64,000 nucleotides of DNA from Deltaproteobacteria bacterium (GCA_029210625.1 JARGFU010000007.1:27742-91741), one strand, 5' to 3'; positions 47,620 through 57,937 are shown, numbered from the stretch's first letter. Program-made: numbers and translations. The notes: generated from the sequence alone by a model not told the origin.

Positions 47620-49293
47620 CTACCGGATGAGCGCCTTCGACTCGTCCATCCAGGGCTGGTAGTAGCGCTTGAACTTCTTGTCCTTCTTCAGCGCTTCGCC
47701 CACGTCCTCCCGGATCTTGTTGAGCTTGTCCCGCTCCACCCGGTCGTTCTTGAAGAAGGTGAGCGCCTTGGCGAAGAGGGGCAGCGCCTCGTTGAAGTGA
47801 CCCTGCTCGGAGTAGAGCCAGCCCATCGCCTCGTAGACCTCGGCGTACTGCTCCTTGATGCCGACGGCGGTGTTGTAGGCGTCGATCGCCTTGTCGTACT
47901 CCTTCTTCCGCTCCTCCTCGTCCTTCATGCCCCGGGCGGCCTTCTGATGGATCATGCCGATCCGCAGGTAGGCCTCGCGCGCCTCCGGGTCCGCCTTGAT
48001 GGCGTCCTGGAAGTGCTTCGTCGCCTCCTCGATGTGCTCGTCACCCTTCTTCAGGAGGATGTTGCCGTAGGCGACGTGGTAGTTGGCGGACTTCGCGACG
48101 TTCTTGCCCCAGAGCTCCATGATCTGGAGGGCCTCCTCGGCGCGGTTCTGCTCGAGGAGCGCGAGCGCGGCGAGGTGATAGGCGCGAGGAGCGTAGGGGT
48201 AGTTCTCGTAGGCGGTCTGGAGGGCCGGCAGGGCGGTGGCGTTGCCCATGTTGGCCAGGGCCACGCCCTTGGCGAAGTGGGCCACCGGCAGCTTCGGCGC
48301 CGCCGCGAGGGCCTCCTCGGCCGCGGTCACGGCCTTCTGGTACTCGCGGTTGTAGATGTGGAACTCGGCCAGGGTCGCCTTGGCGTAGGCCAGCAGGTAG
48401 GGGTTCAGCTCGCCCTCGGGGCGGGCGAGGACGTCGTCGAGGTTGTCCTTGGCCTTCTTGACGTCGTCGTCGCGGGCGATGTTGACCCGCGACTCGAGGA
48501 GCAGGCCCAGGATGTGGTTGGGGTTCGCGTCCAGGGTCTTCTTCACGAAGCTCTTGGCGTTCGTGAGCTCGTTGTCCTGCAGGTAGATCTCGGCGGTGTA
48601 GGCGTTGTAGCGCGGGTTGCGCCACTCGCTCTCGGCCGCCGCCCGCAGGCTCTTGCGCGCGTCGCCCAGCTTGCCCTGGTAGCGCTGCGCCAGCCCGAGG
48701 CCCTCGAAGATCGAGGCGCCGCGGCCGCCCTGGTTGACGATGTCGACCAGGTAGGTCTCGGCCTCGGCGTACTTGCCCTCGGCGACCATGAGGATGCCCT
48801 TGGCGCCGTAGCGCTCCTGCTTCTGGACGTCCTTCTTCTCGGCCTGCCCGGAGAAGTCGTTGGCGACGGCCTTGGCGCTCTCGATCCCGTACTCCTGGTA
48901 GAGGCGGGCGTTGATCAGGGCCTTGGTGGCCACGACGTACTTGTGGCCCGAGTCGAGGCCGAGGGCCTCGTCGAGCAGCGTCTGGGCCTTGGCCAGATCG
49001 GCGGGGTTGTCCCGCATCATCGCGTCCTTGGCCTGCGACGCGAGATCGCGCACCTGCTCCTGGACCTGGACGTGGTTCCAGTAGAAGTAGAGCGCGCCCA
49101 TGAAGAGCCCGGTGGCGATGATGATCTGGATGGAGGCCTTGCCGAAGGACTCGCGCGTGACCGGAGCGGTCCGCTGGAAGCCCTCGACGAAAGCCTCGTC
49201 GGGCAGCTGTGCACCGCTGCTGCCGTTGGTCCCGCCGTCAGCAATCTTCTCGTCGTCAGACACCGGCTCGACCTCGCGCTGGGGGCTCGACAT
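47620..49293 (-). CDS. Single-TM tetratricopeptide repeat protein
   Basis: One TM near the N-terminus, then multiple TPR-like helix pairs. Confidence 0.82.
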   Translation of the reverse strand: MSSPQREVEPVSDDEKIADGGTNGSSGAQLPDEAFVEGFQRTAPVTRESFGKASIQIIIATGLFMGALYFYWNHVQVQEQVRDLASQAKDAMMRDNPADLAKAQTLLDEALGLDSGHKYVVATKALINARLYQEYGIESAKAVANDFSGQAEKKDVQKQERYGAKGILMVAEGKYAEAETYLVDIVNQGGRGASIFEGLGLAQRYQGKLGDARKSLRAAAESEWRNPRYNAYTAEIYLQDNELTNAKSFVKKTLDANPNHILGLLLESRVNIARDDDVKKAKDNLDDVLARPEGELNPYLLAYAKATLAEFHIYNREYQKAVTAAEEALAAAPKLPVAHFAKGVALANMGNATALPALQTAYENYPYAPRAYHLAALALLEQNRAEEALQIMELWGKNVAKSANYHVAYGNILLKKGDEHIEEATKHFQDAIKADPEAREAYLRIGMIHQKAARGMKDEEERKKEYDKAIDAYNTAVGIKEQYAEVYEAMGWLYSEQGHFNEALPLFAKALTFFKNDRVERDKLNKIREDVGEALKKDKKFKRYYQPWMDESKALIR

Positions 49294-49368
49294 CCACAGC
49301 CTCCGGAAAAACCCCTGTAGGACAAGGGGGTTGGATCAATTGGAAGGAGCGATGGGTAGCAGGGCTTT

Positions 49369-50304
49369 TCAGAGAGTGTCAAGGATCGACCGCTCCACCA
49401 CGCCGGCCACCTCCGGCAGGGCCGAGACGGCCAGGAAGGCGCCCGCCCGGGCCCCCACCGCGAGGAGGGGGATGGGGTTGCGGGTGTGGGTCCTCACCGA
49501 GAGATCCTCCAGGTTTCCGTGATCACTGGTGACCACGAGGGTGTCCCGGGAGAGGTCGAGGCCCTCGAGGGCGCCCTGCAGCAGGCCCTCCAGGCGCAGG
49601 AGGGCGTCCTCGGCGGCCTCGAAGTCCTGGTCGTGGCCGGCCTTGTCGGTGAGGAAGAACTCGAAGAGCCCCAGGTCGAGGTGTTCGCGCTCGGCGGCGA
49701 GGATCCGGCCGGCCGCGATCGGCTCCACGGCCGGCAGGTCGAAGCCCCGGCCGCGGGGCCCCGCCAGGGTGACGTCGTGGAAGACCGCCCTCCCCTCGAG
49801 GACGTCATCGAAGGTGCGAAAGAGGATCCCCGCGGCGTGGGTCGCCACCGTCGTCACCGAGGGGTGGCGGTAGAGCCGCGGGATCGTCAGCGGCGGCTCG
49901 GGACGGCGGGGCGGAGGCTGGGGGAAGCCCACCGCGTTCAGGTACTGCGTGTGGTAGGCGTTGAGGAAGGCGACCGAGCGCCCCCGCCGGGAGAGGCGGG
50001 CGAGCAGGCCGTGCTGCTCGACGAAGGCGCGCAGCTTCGGGCCCGGGAAGCCGGTGACGTGGCTGCCCATGAAGGCGCCGGCGTTCTGCCCCGTGAGGAG
50101 GCTGGCCTGGCCGGTGGCGCTCTGGGGCCGGCCCGGTAGGCCGAGGTTCGCGTCGATGGCGCGGAAGCGAGCCTCGGGCGGGAGCGGCCGGGAGTGGCTG
50201 CCGTCGAGGAAGTGAGAGAGGAGCGTGGGCGTGCGCGCCAGCGGGTTCCGCGCCGGATCGCGCTCGCCGACCCCGACGCCGTCCACGAAGCAAAGGAGGA
50301 TCAT
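49369..50304 (-). CDS. Alkaline-phosphatase-superfamily metalloenzyme (iPGM-like)
   Basis: FVDGVG, PQSATGQ, TDKAGH, TSDHGN, HT metal motifs. Confidence 0.85.
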   Translation of the reverse strand: MILLCFVDGVGVGERDPARNPLARTPTLLSHFLDGSHSRPLPPEARFRAIDANLGLPGRPQSATGQASLLTGQNAGAFMGSHVTGFPGPKLRAFVEQHGLLARLSRRGRSVAFLNAYHTQYLNAVGFPQPPPRRPEPPLTIPRLYRHPSVTTVATHAAGILFRTFDDVLEGRAVFHDVTLAGPRGRGFDLPAVEPIAAGRILAAEREHLDLGLFEFFLTDKAGHDQDFEAAEDALLRLEGLLQGALEGLDLSRDTLVVTSDHGNLEDLSVRTHTRNPIPLLAVGARAGAFLAVSALPEVAGVVERSILDTL

Positions 50305-51893
50305 GGCTCCGGCACCCCGTGCCCTCCTCCGCCCGGCGTCTCGATCCACAGGGCGTCGCCCGGCTCGAGGCGCACCTCGCACTTGGCCGGCAGCGCCTCC
50401 TTCCGGCCCCCCGCGCGCACGATCCGCTCGGCGCCCGGGAGCCCCGCCCCGCCACCGGCCGCGCCCGCCGGGGCGCGCTCGCGCCGCTCGCCCACCAGGG
50501 TCACCTCGGTGGGCTCGAGGGCCAGGTAGCCGCGCACGAGCCCCTCGCCCCCGGGGCGCGCGCCCGCGCCGCCGCTGCCCCGGCGCAGGCGATAGGCCAG
50601 CACCCGCAGGGGGGTGGTGTGCTCGATCACCTCGATCGGCGTGTTGAGGGTGTTGGTCATGTGGCTGTGCACCGCCGAGGCGCCCGCCCGTCCGGGGCCG
50701 GCGCCCGCGCCGCCGCCGAGGGTCTCGTAGTAGGCCCAGGGGTGGGGGCGGCTGCCGCCCATCAGGACGTTGTTCATCGTGCCCTGGCTCTGGGCCGGGA
50801 TCTCCCCGGGCAGGGCGCCGGCGAGCGCCGCCAGGATCAGATCGACCACCCGCTGGCTGGTCTCCACGTTGCCGCCGGCCACCGGGGAGGGGTGGCGCGC
50901 GTCGAGGATCGAGCCCGGGCGGGTCAGGATCTCCACCGGCTCGAGCAGGCCGCTGGAGTCGGGCACGTCGTCGTCGGTGAGGAGGCGCAGGGCATAGAGG
51001 GTGGCGCTGACCACGATGGCCCGCACCGCGTTCAGGGGACCCTCACAGGCGTCGGCGCTGCCCCGGAAGTCGAGGGTGGCGCGCTCGCCCTCGAGGGTGA
51101 GGGCGAGGTGCAGCTCGAGCGGGCCGTGGCCGCGGCCGTCGTCGTCGAGCCAGTCCCGCGCCTCGAAGCGTCCGTCGGGCAGGGCCCGCAGGGTCGCCCG
51201 CATCGCGCGGCCGGCGTGGGCGACCAGGCCCTGCAGGGCGGCGTCGAGCCGCGCCTCGCCGAAGCGGTCCGCCAGGGAGCGCAGGCGGGCGGCCCCGGCG
51301 CGGCTGGCGGCGAGCTGCGCCTCGAGGTCCCCGCGGCGCTCGGCGGGATCCCGGGAGGCGTTGGCGAAGGCCTCGATCGCCGCGCCCACCGGCGCGCCGG
51401 CCCGCTGCACCAGGGTCGGGGGCAGCCGCACCCCCTCGGCGTCGATGTGATCGGTGAGGGGCATCGAGCCCGGCCGCTCGCCGCCCACGTCCGCGTGGTG
51501 GGCCCGCACCGCGACCAGCCCCAGCAGCCGCTCGCCGCGCTCGTCGAAGACGGCCTCCACGCTGGTGAGGTCGGGCAGGTGCGTCCCGCCGGCGAAGGGA
51601 TCGTTGAGGATGGCGACGTCCCCGGGGCCCAGGTCGAGGGCCGCGCGGGCCGCGGCGACCGAGAGGGGGGTGGCCCCGAGGTGCACGGGGATGTGCGCGG
51701 CGTGGGCCACCATCTCCCCGCCGGGCTCGAAGAGGGCGCAGGAGAAGTCCCGCCGCTCCTTGATGTTGGGGGAGAAGGCGGCCCGGCCGAGGACGACCCC
51801 CATCTCCTCGGTCAGCGCCGAGAGGAGGTGCCGCCAGACGGTCAGCTCCACCGGATCGTCGAGGCGCTCCCCCGGGGTGGGCCGGTCGCTCAT
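50301..51893 (-). CDS. Hydantoinase B/oxoprolinase subunit
   Basis: SPNIKERRDFSCA, HIPVHLG, NDPFAGGTHLPD, HHADVGG, TPGGGGHG. Confidence 0.94.
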   Translation of the reverse strand: MSDRPTPGERLDDPVELTVWRHLLSALTEEMGVVLGRAAFSPNIKERRDFSCALFEPGGEMVAHAAHIPVHLGATPLSVAAARAALDLGPGDVAILNDPFAGGTHLPDLTSVEAVFDERGERLLGLVAVRAHHADVGGERPGSMPLTDHIDAEGVRLPPTLVQRAGAPVGAAIEAFANASRDPAERRGDLEAQLAASRAGAARLRSLADRFGEARLDAALQGLVAHAGRAMRATLRALPDGRFEARDWLDDDGRGHGPLELHLALTLEGERATLDFRGSADACEGPLNAVRAIVVSATLYALRLLTDDDVPDSSGLLEPVEILTRPGSILDARHPSPVAGGNVETSQRVVDLILAALAGALPGEIPAQSQGTMNNVLMGGSRPHPWAYYETLGGGAGAGPGRAGASAVHSHMTNTLNTPIEVIEHTTPLRVLAYRLRRGSGGAGARPGGEGLVRGYLALEPTEVTLVGERRERAPAGAAGGGAGLPGAERIVRAGGRKEALPAKCEVRLEPGDALWIETPGGGGHGVPEP

Positions 51894-53902
51894 GGCCTCC
51901 TCCCCAGGCGCAGGAGCCCCAGCGCGTCGACCCGCGCCCGGAAGCCGGCGGGCACCCAGGTGGTGCCGGTGCGCTCGACGATCGCGGCCGGGCCCTCGAC
52001 GAGGCTGCCCGGGCCGAGCTCCTCGCGCCGGGCGGTGACCCCCGCGCCACCGCTGATCGTCCGGGCGCTGCCCGCGGAGACGAGCGGCGCCGGCACCTCC
52101 GGGGCCCGGCCCCGCGCCTCGACCCGGGCGGTGACCCACTCCAGGGGGCGGGGGAGGGTGAAGCCGAAGGCCTCGGCGTGCCGGCGGGCGAAGGCGGCGG
52201 CCGCGTCGGCGACGAGGGTCGCGCTGGCGGGCTCGACGGGCACCTCGAGGGTGGCGCTCTGGCCCCGGTAGCGCAGCTCGGCGGTGGCCTCGAGCTCGGG
52301 GTGCGCCTCGCCCTCGGCGGCGAGGGCCGCGCGGGCCCGGGCCTCGAGCTCGGCGTAGGCGCTGGCGAGCTGCCCGGCGAGGGGAGCGTCCGCGGGGCCC
52401 CGCTCGGCGGGCAGGGGGAGCTGGAGGGTGCGCCGGCGCAGATCCCGGCGGCGCGCGGCGAGGGCGCCGTAGGCGCAGAGGAGGCCGGGCTCGGGCGGGA
52501 CCACCACCTCGGGGATCTCGAGGAGCTCGGCGAGCTCGGCGGCGTGGAGGCCCCCGGCGCCGCCGAAGGGCATCAGGACGAAGTCCCGGGGATCGTGTCC
52601 GCGCTCGAGGCTCACCCGGCGCAGGGCCCGGGCCATCACCGCGCCGGCCACCCGCACGATCCCGGCGGCGCAGGCCTCGGCGTCCAGGCCGAGGCGGGCG
52701 CCCAGGCCGGCCACCGCGCGGCGGGCCGCCTCGAGGTCGAGGGGCAGCTCGCCGCCCAGGAGGAGGTCGGGGGGTAGGCGGCCCAGCACCAGGTGGGCGT
52801 CGGTGAGGGTGGGCTCCTCGCCGCCCCGGCCGTAGGCCGCCGGGCCGGGGTCGGCGCCGGCGGAGCGGGGACCCACCCGCAGCGCGCCGCCGCCGTCGAT
52901 CCAGGCCAGGGAGCCGCCGCCGGCCCCGACGGTGTAGATGTCGAGGGCGGGAATGCGCAGGGGCAGCTCGCCGATCTCGATCTGATCCCGGCGCAGGGGC
53001 GTGCCCTCGACCACCACGCAGACGTCGGTGGAGGTGCCGCCCATGTCGAGGGTGAGCACCCGGGAGAGGCCCGCCTGCCGGGCGACCCGCGCCGCGCCGG
53101 TGACGCCGCCGGCGGGCCCGGAGAGGGCCGTGTGCACCGGCGCCACCCGGGCGGAGGCCGAGGCGCGGACGCCCCCATCCGAGCGCAGCACCGTCAACCG
53201 GGTGGGCGCGAGCGCCCCGGCGTCGGACGCCGCGGCCAGCGCCTCGTCGACCCGCGCCAGGTAGCGCTGGCAGGTGGGGGCGACGAAGGCGTTGGCGACG
53301 CAGGTCGAGCTGCGCTCGTACTCGCGGATCTCGGGCGAGAGCCGGTGGGAGAGGGTGAGGGGCAGGTCCAGGCCGGCGAGGGCCTCGGCGACGCGCGCCT
53401 CGTGCTCGCCGTTGGCGTAGGCGTGGAGGAGGACCACCGCCACGGCCTCGGCGCCCAGGCTGCGGAGGCGATCGCGCAGCTGCGCGGCCTCGTCCTCGTC
53501 CAGGGTCAGCGCTCGCAGCACCTCGCCGTGGGGTCCCAGCCGCTCGGGGAGGCCCAGCCGCCGCCCGGCCGGGACCAGGGGCGGGGGGAGGGCCGGCTCC
53601 AGGGCGTGGAGCTCGGGGCGGCTCTGCCGGCGGATCTCGAGGACGTCCTCGAAGCCCTCGGTGGTCAGCAGCACCACCCGGGCGCCGCGCCGCTCGAGCA
53701 GCGCGTTGGTGGCGACGGTGGAGCCGTGGGCGACTCCCTCCGGCGACCGCCCCGCCTCGCGGCGCACCCGCTCGAGGGCCTCGAGCACGGCCCGGGCCGG
53801 ATCGTCGGGGGTCGAGGGGATCTTCGCCCGGAAGAGGGCGCCGTCCTCGCCGACCGCGATCAGGTCGGTGAAGGTGCCCCCCGTATCTACCCCGATGCGC
53901 AT
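51890..53902 (-). CDS. Hydantoinase A/oxoprolinase subunit
   Basis: DTGGTFTD, HGSTVATNA, SGPAGG, DMGGTSTD, GAGGGS, FGGAGGLH. Confidence 0.94.
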   Translation of the reverse strand: MRIGVDTGGTFTDLIAVGEDGALFRAKIPSTPDDPARAVLEALERVRREAGRSPEGVAHGSTVATNALLERRGARVVLLTTEGFEDVLEIRRQSRPELHALEPALPPPLVPAGRRLGLPERLGPHGEVLRALTLDEDEAAQLRDRLRSLGAEAVAVVLLHAYANGEHEARVAEALAGLDLPLTLSHRLSPEIREYERSSTCVANAFVAPTCQRYLARVDEALAAASDAGALAPTRLTVLRSDGGVRASASARVAPVHTALSGPAGGVTGAARVARQAGLSRVLTLDMGGTSTDVCVVVEGTPLRRDQIEIGELPLRIPALDIYTVGAGGGSLAWIDGGGALRVGPRSAGADPGPAAYGRGGEEPTLTDAHLVLGRLPPDLLLGGELPLDLEAARRAVAGLGARLGLDAEACAAGIVRVAGAVMARALRRVSLERGHDPRDFVLMPFGGAGGLHAAELAELLEIPEVVVPPEPGLLCAYGALAARRRDLRRRTLQLPLPAERGPADAPLAGQLASAYAELEARARAALAAEGEAHPELEATAELRYRGQSATLEVPVEPASATLVADAAAAFARRHAEAFGFTLPRPLEWVTARVEARGRAPEVPAPLVSAGSARTISGGAGVTARREELGPGSLVEGPAAIVERTGTTWVPAGFRARVDALGLLRLGRRP

Positions 53903-53973
53903 GGACGCCGACTATAATCGGTGACGATGACCCGGAGGTGGTTCGAGAGGAGCCCGGCGCGAGGCATGGCGAG

Positions 53974-54849
53974 ATGAGCGACCTGGAGCTGAAGACCGGC
54001 GGGGCCCTCGAGCGCCGGGAGGGCGACGACCTGCGCCTCGCCTACGCCGAGCTCACCGCGGCGCGGACCCACCACGCCGCCTTCCTGCTGGAGAGGGAGG
54101 CGCGCGAGGCGGCGCTGGGCCGCAAGTCCCACCACGTGCAGGGCGCCCTCGAGGCCGCGAAGGCCTTCCTGGCCGGGGCGGGGGAGGGGGAGGCCGCCGC
54201 CTCCCTGCCGGTCCCCGCCGAGGACTTCCGGGCGGAGCTGCAGCAGGGCCGGGAGGCCTTCGAGGCCTGGGCGAGGGAGGAGACCGGGCGCCTGGAGGCG
54301 GCGATCGAGGCGGCGTCCGCCGAGGTGACCGCCCGGGTGGAGCGCTGGCTCGAGCACTTCCGGCCGCACCTGCGGCTGGAGGTGGCCGCGATCGGGAAGG
54401 AGCGCTCGGTGGTGCACCTGCCCACCCCGCGGGGGGACGAGGCGGTGCTCCTCTGCGCCCTGCTCACCGGCAAGCCCCCCCTCACCTACGACTTCCTCCT
54501 CGACGACGCCGTCGACCACCTCGGTCAGCCCTCGGCCCTGGCCGCGGCGGGGGCGGGGATCGATCTCTCGGCCCTGCGGGAGGGGAGCGCCGACGACGAG
54601 GACGCGATCGCCCACGGCAGCGAGGCGACGCTCCTCCCCATCCGCCGCCACCTGCCCCTCACCGATCCGATCCTGGGCTGGCCCCGCTTCCGGCTGATGC
54701 TGCGCGGCCCGGTCCTGGAGCTGGAGTCCCGGGAGGCGGACACGGGCTACACCCACCTGCTGCCCGCCGCCCACGCCGAGCGCTTCACCGGCTACCTCGT
54801 CGCCCTCCAGGCGAAGGGGAAGCTCGAAGTCGCGGTCGATCTGGGCTAA
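53974..54849 (+). CDS. Hypothetical protein with N-terminal coiled coil
   Basis: Long ORF with GC3-rich codons; alternative GTG start at 53938. Confidence 0.65.
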   Translation: MSDLELKTGGALERREGDDLRLAYAELTAARTHHAAFLLEREAREAALGRKSHHVQGALEAAKAFLAGAGEGEAAASLPVPAEDFRAELQQGREAFEAWAREETGRLEAAIEAASAEVTARVERWLEHFRPHLRLEVAAIGKERSVVHLPTPRGDEAVLLCALLTGKPPLTYDFLLDDAVDHLGQPSALAAAGAGIDLSALREGSADDEDAIAHGSEATLLPIRRHLPLTDPILGWPRFRLMLRGPVLELESREADTGYTHLLPAAHAERFTGYLVALQAKGKLEVAVDLG

Positions 54850-54864
54850 TCCAGTAGCCCGGGC

Positions 54865-57387
54865 ATGGCATTGAAGATTCGATCCAGGCGGCGGCTGGCG
54901 GCCGCGAGCAGCGGCCTCTTCGTGGGGCTCTTCGTGCTCGCGCTCTCCTTCCTCGAGCTGGTGCCCACCAGCTTCGACGAGATGGCCTACGACGCGCTGA
55001 TGCGGGCCACCGCCGACGAGACCCGGGCCAGCGATCGGATCGTCCTGGTGCACTTCGACGAGGAGAGCCTGGGCTGGGTGGAGCGGGAGATGGGCGAGGA
55101 GTGGCCCTGGCCCCGGGAGTACCACGGCATCCTGCTCTCCACCCTGCGCAGCTGGGGCGCCCGCGTCGTCGCCTTCGACATCCTCTTCGATCAGGACCGG
55201 GTGGGGCACTTCGGCTGGTCGGACACCGCGGCCTTCACCGAGCACCTGCGCGAGGCCGGGCAGGCGGTCCTCGCCGGCGGCCACAACGCGGGCGAGCGGG
55301 CGCCGATCCCCGCCCGGGGCCACGGGATCCGGCTGGCCGCCTATCCCGACTGGGACGCCGCCCTCGAGGGCGCCGGCCGCCTCACCGCCCTGGCGCGCCA
55401 GGCCTACCTGCAGGCCGAGGGCGAGGGCTACCGGCTCTGGGTCGGCGGCTTCGACTCCGACGAGGAGGCCCGGGCGGCGGTCACGGCCTGGGGCACGGCG
55501 GTCCTCCCGCTGCTGGAGAAGCGCCCCGAGACGGCGACCCGGGTCGACCGGGCGGCGCTGTCGGCCTGGCTCGCCGAAGTGGTGAAGGACCGGGCCGGCG
55601 AGGTGCCGGAGGCCGCCGAGCACGTCGGCGACGCCGAGTTCCTCCGCCGCTTCCGCCTCTCGGCCCCCTCGGGCGAGGCCGAGACCGGCGTGGACACCCT
55701 GCCCCAGGCGCCCTTCCTCCTGGCCGCCGCCGGCTTCGGCATCGCCGAGCAGCTCCCCGACTCCGACGGCATCCTGCGCCGGATGCAGCTCACCGCCCGC
55801 CTCGAGAGCGGGGTCTACCCCTCCTTCCCCCTCGCCATCTACCTGGCCGCCCAGAAGGGCCACGTGCCGGTGCAGCTGGGGAAGGGGAAGCTGGTGGTGG
55901 GGGATCAGAAGGTCCCGGTGGACGCCGAGGACCGGGTGCGGGTGCGGCTGCACGGCGTCGATCCCTACGACGACGTGCCCGCCTGGAAGGTGCTGCGGGC
56001 CGCGATCCTCCAGCAGGAGGGGCAGGAGCTCGACCAGGCCGAGCTCGACCCGGCGCGCTTCGCGGATCGCATCGTGATCATGAGCGGGAGCGCGGTCTCC
56101 CTGATGGACCGCCGGCCCTCCTCCCTCTCCCAGAGCCACAACGGCTCGGACCTCAACGCCGCCATGGTCGATGCCCTCATCGCCGGGTGCTGGGTGCGCC
56201 GCGCGCCGGGCTGGCTGATGGCCCTCTCGACCCTGCTCATGGGGATCTTCGCCGCGCTCCTGGGGGCCTTCGCCACCGAGCCGCGGCCCCTGGCCCGGAT
56301 CGAAGGCGCCCTGGGCTCGATCCTGCGCCTGGCGACCCGGGGGGTGATGGCCGGCGTCGCCATCGCGGTGGTCATCGGCCCCCTGCTGGTGGTGGCGGTC
56401 TACCTCTTCGGCTCCTTCGACTTCTGGGTGCCGGTGGCCCTCCCCATCCTCACCGCCGGCGGCGCCCTGATCACGGCCCTGGGGGTGCTGGAGTACGTCG
56501 AGTACCGGGACCGCCGGGCCATCCACCAGGCCCTGGGCATCTACACCAGCGACCTGGTCGCCAACCTGGTCGCCACCGGCGGGGTGAAGGCCCTCGACGC
56601 CCGGCGCGACGACGTGAGCGTCTACTTCTCCGACCTCGAGGGCTTCACCTCCTTCTCGGAGAACCTCGAGCCCGAGCAGCTCTCCGCGCTGCTCTCCGAC
56701 TACCTAACGGCGATGACCGACGTGATCCTCGAGCACGAGGGCGTGGTCGACAAGTACATCGGCGACGCGATCATGGCCTTCTGGGGCTGGCGGGAGACCC
56801 AGCCCGACCACCCCCTGCGGGCCGTGCGCTGCGCGGCGGCGATGCGCAGCCGGATGGCCGAGCTGCGACCGGTCTGGGAGGAGCGCTACGGCGTGGTGCT
56901 CAAGGCCCGGGCGGGGATCAACTCCGGGATCGCGGTCGTCGGCAACATGGGCTCGGCCCAGAAGATGAACGTCACCCTCCTGGGCGACGTCGTGAACCTC
57001 GCCGCGCGGCTCGAGGGCGCCAACAAGGCCTACGGCACCGAGCTGATGGTCGGCGAGGCGACCTACGAGGAGGCGAAGGCGGGCTTCGAGTTCCGGGAGC
57101 TCGACATCCTGCGGGTGAAGGGCAAGGCGAAGCCGGTGCGGGTCTACGAGCCGCTGGTGCCCGCCGGCGAGGTCAACGGTGATCTGCGCTGGCGCGATAG
57201 CTTCGAGTCCGGGCTCGCCGCCTTCCGGGAGGCCGACTTCTCCGCCGCCCGGGCGCACTTCGAGGAGGTCCTCACCCTGCGCCCCGGGGACGCTCCGGCG
57301 AAGCTCTACCTCGAGCGCTGCGCGGCCTACGCGGCCGCCCCGCCCCCGGCGGACTGGGACGGCGTCTACGTGATGACCACGAAGTGA
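54865..57387 (+). CDS. CHASE2-domain class III adenylate cyclase with SPOR-like insert and C-terminal TPR-like helix pair
   Basis: CHASE2 (WPWPR, AFDILF, DSDGILR); TMs; FSDLEGFT, DKYIGDAIMA, TLLGDVVNLAARLE; tail PPADWDGV. Confidence 0.9.
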   Translation: MALKIRSRRRLAAASSGLFVGLFVLALSFLELVPTSFDEMAYDALMRATADETRASDRIVLVHFDEESLGWVEREMGEEWPWPREYHGILLSTLRSWGARVVAFDILFDQDRVGHFGWSDTAAFTEHLREAGQAVLAGGHNAGERAPIPARGHGIRLAAYPDWDAALEGAGRLTALARQAYLQAEGEGYRLWVGGFDSDEEARAAVTAWGTAVLPLLEKRPETATRVDRAALSAWLAEVVKDRAGEVPEAAEHVGDAEFLRRFRLSAPSGEAETGVDTLPQAPFLLAAAGFGIAEQLPDSDGILRRMQLTARLESGVYPSFPLAIYLAAQKGHVPVQLGKGKLVVGDQKVPVDAEDRVRVRLHGVDPYDDVPAWKVLRAAILQQEGQELDQAELDPARFADRIVIMSGSAVSLMDRRPSSLSQSHNGSDLNAAMVDALIAGCWVRRAPGWLMALSTLLMGIFAALLGAFATEPRPLARIEGALGSILRLATRGVMAGVAIAVVIGPLLVVAVYLFGSFDFWVPVALPILTAGGALITALGVLEYVEYRDRRAIHQALGIYTSDLVANLVATGGVKALDARRDDVSVYFSDLEGFTSFSENLEPEQLSALLSDYLTAMTDVILEHEGVVDKYIGDAIMAFWGWRETQPDHPLRAVRCAAAMRSRMAELRPVWEERYGVVLKARAGINSGIAVVGNMGSAQKMNVTLLGDVVNLAARLEGANKAYGTELMVGEATYEEAKAGFEFRELDILRVKGKAKPVRVYEPLVPAGEVNGDLRWRDSFESGLAAFREADFSAARAHFEEVLTLRPGDAPAKLYLERCAAYAAAPPPADWDGVYVMTTK

Positions 57388-57430
57388 TCTCACGCACGCC
57401 GCCGCGGGGCGTTGTTGCTACAATGCCGGG

Positions 57431-57937
57431 ATGAGCTTCTCCAAGCGATTCGTGGCCCTGCTGCTCTTCTCGGGGCTGCTCCTCGGGGCCGGCAGCGACG
57501 CCGGCTCCTCGGCCTTCTTCGTCCACGAGGTGAAGGCGCACCTGATGCCCCGCACCTCCCGCTTCGGCAAGCCGGTGAAGGTGCTGGGGCTGGGCACGAA
57601 GCTGACCCTCGTCGACGACAGCCAGGCCGACGGCGGCTGGCTGAAGGTCCGCACCGAGGACGGCGCCGAGGGCTTCATCCCCCTCCAGGCGGTGACCCAC
57701 GGGGATCGGCAGCTGCGCGCGGGGAGCTCCGCCGGCGCCGACAAGGTCCACCGCGGCTCGGTGCAGCTGGCCGCCCGCGGCTTCTCGCAGGACGTCGAGC
57801 AGGAGAGCCGCAAGGCGCACCCCGAGCTGGACTACACCCTGGTGGACGCCATCGAGGCCAGCGGCCCCGGGCCCGAGCTGGTCACCCGGCACGCCGAGGA
57901 AGGCGGCCTGCGCCTCGAGGCGGAGGTGGCGCGATGA
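57431..57937 (+). CDS. Secreted SH3b-like domain protein
   Basis: Signal peptide; L..GTKL, GGWLKVR, EGFI, then AARGF. Confidence 0.75.
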   Translation: MSFSKRFVALLLFSGLLLGAGSDAGSSAFFVHEVKAHLMPRTSRFGKPVKVLGLGTKLTLVDDSQADGGWLKVRTEDGAEGFIPLQAVTHGDRQLRAGSSAGADKVHRGSVQLAARGFSQDVEQESRKAHPELDYTLVDAIEASGPGPELVTRHAEEGGLRLEAEVAR

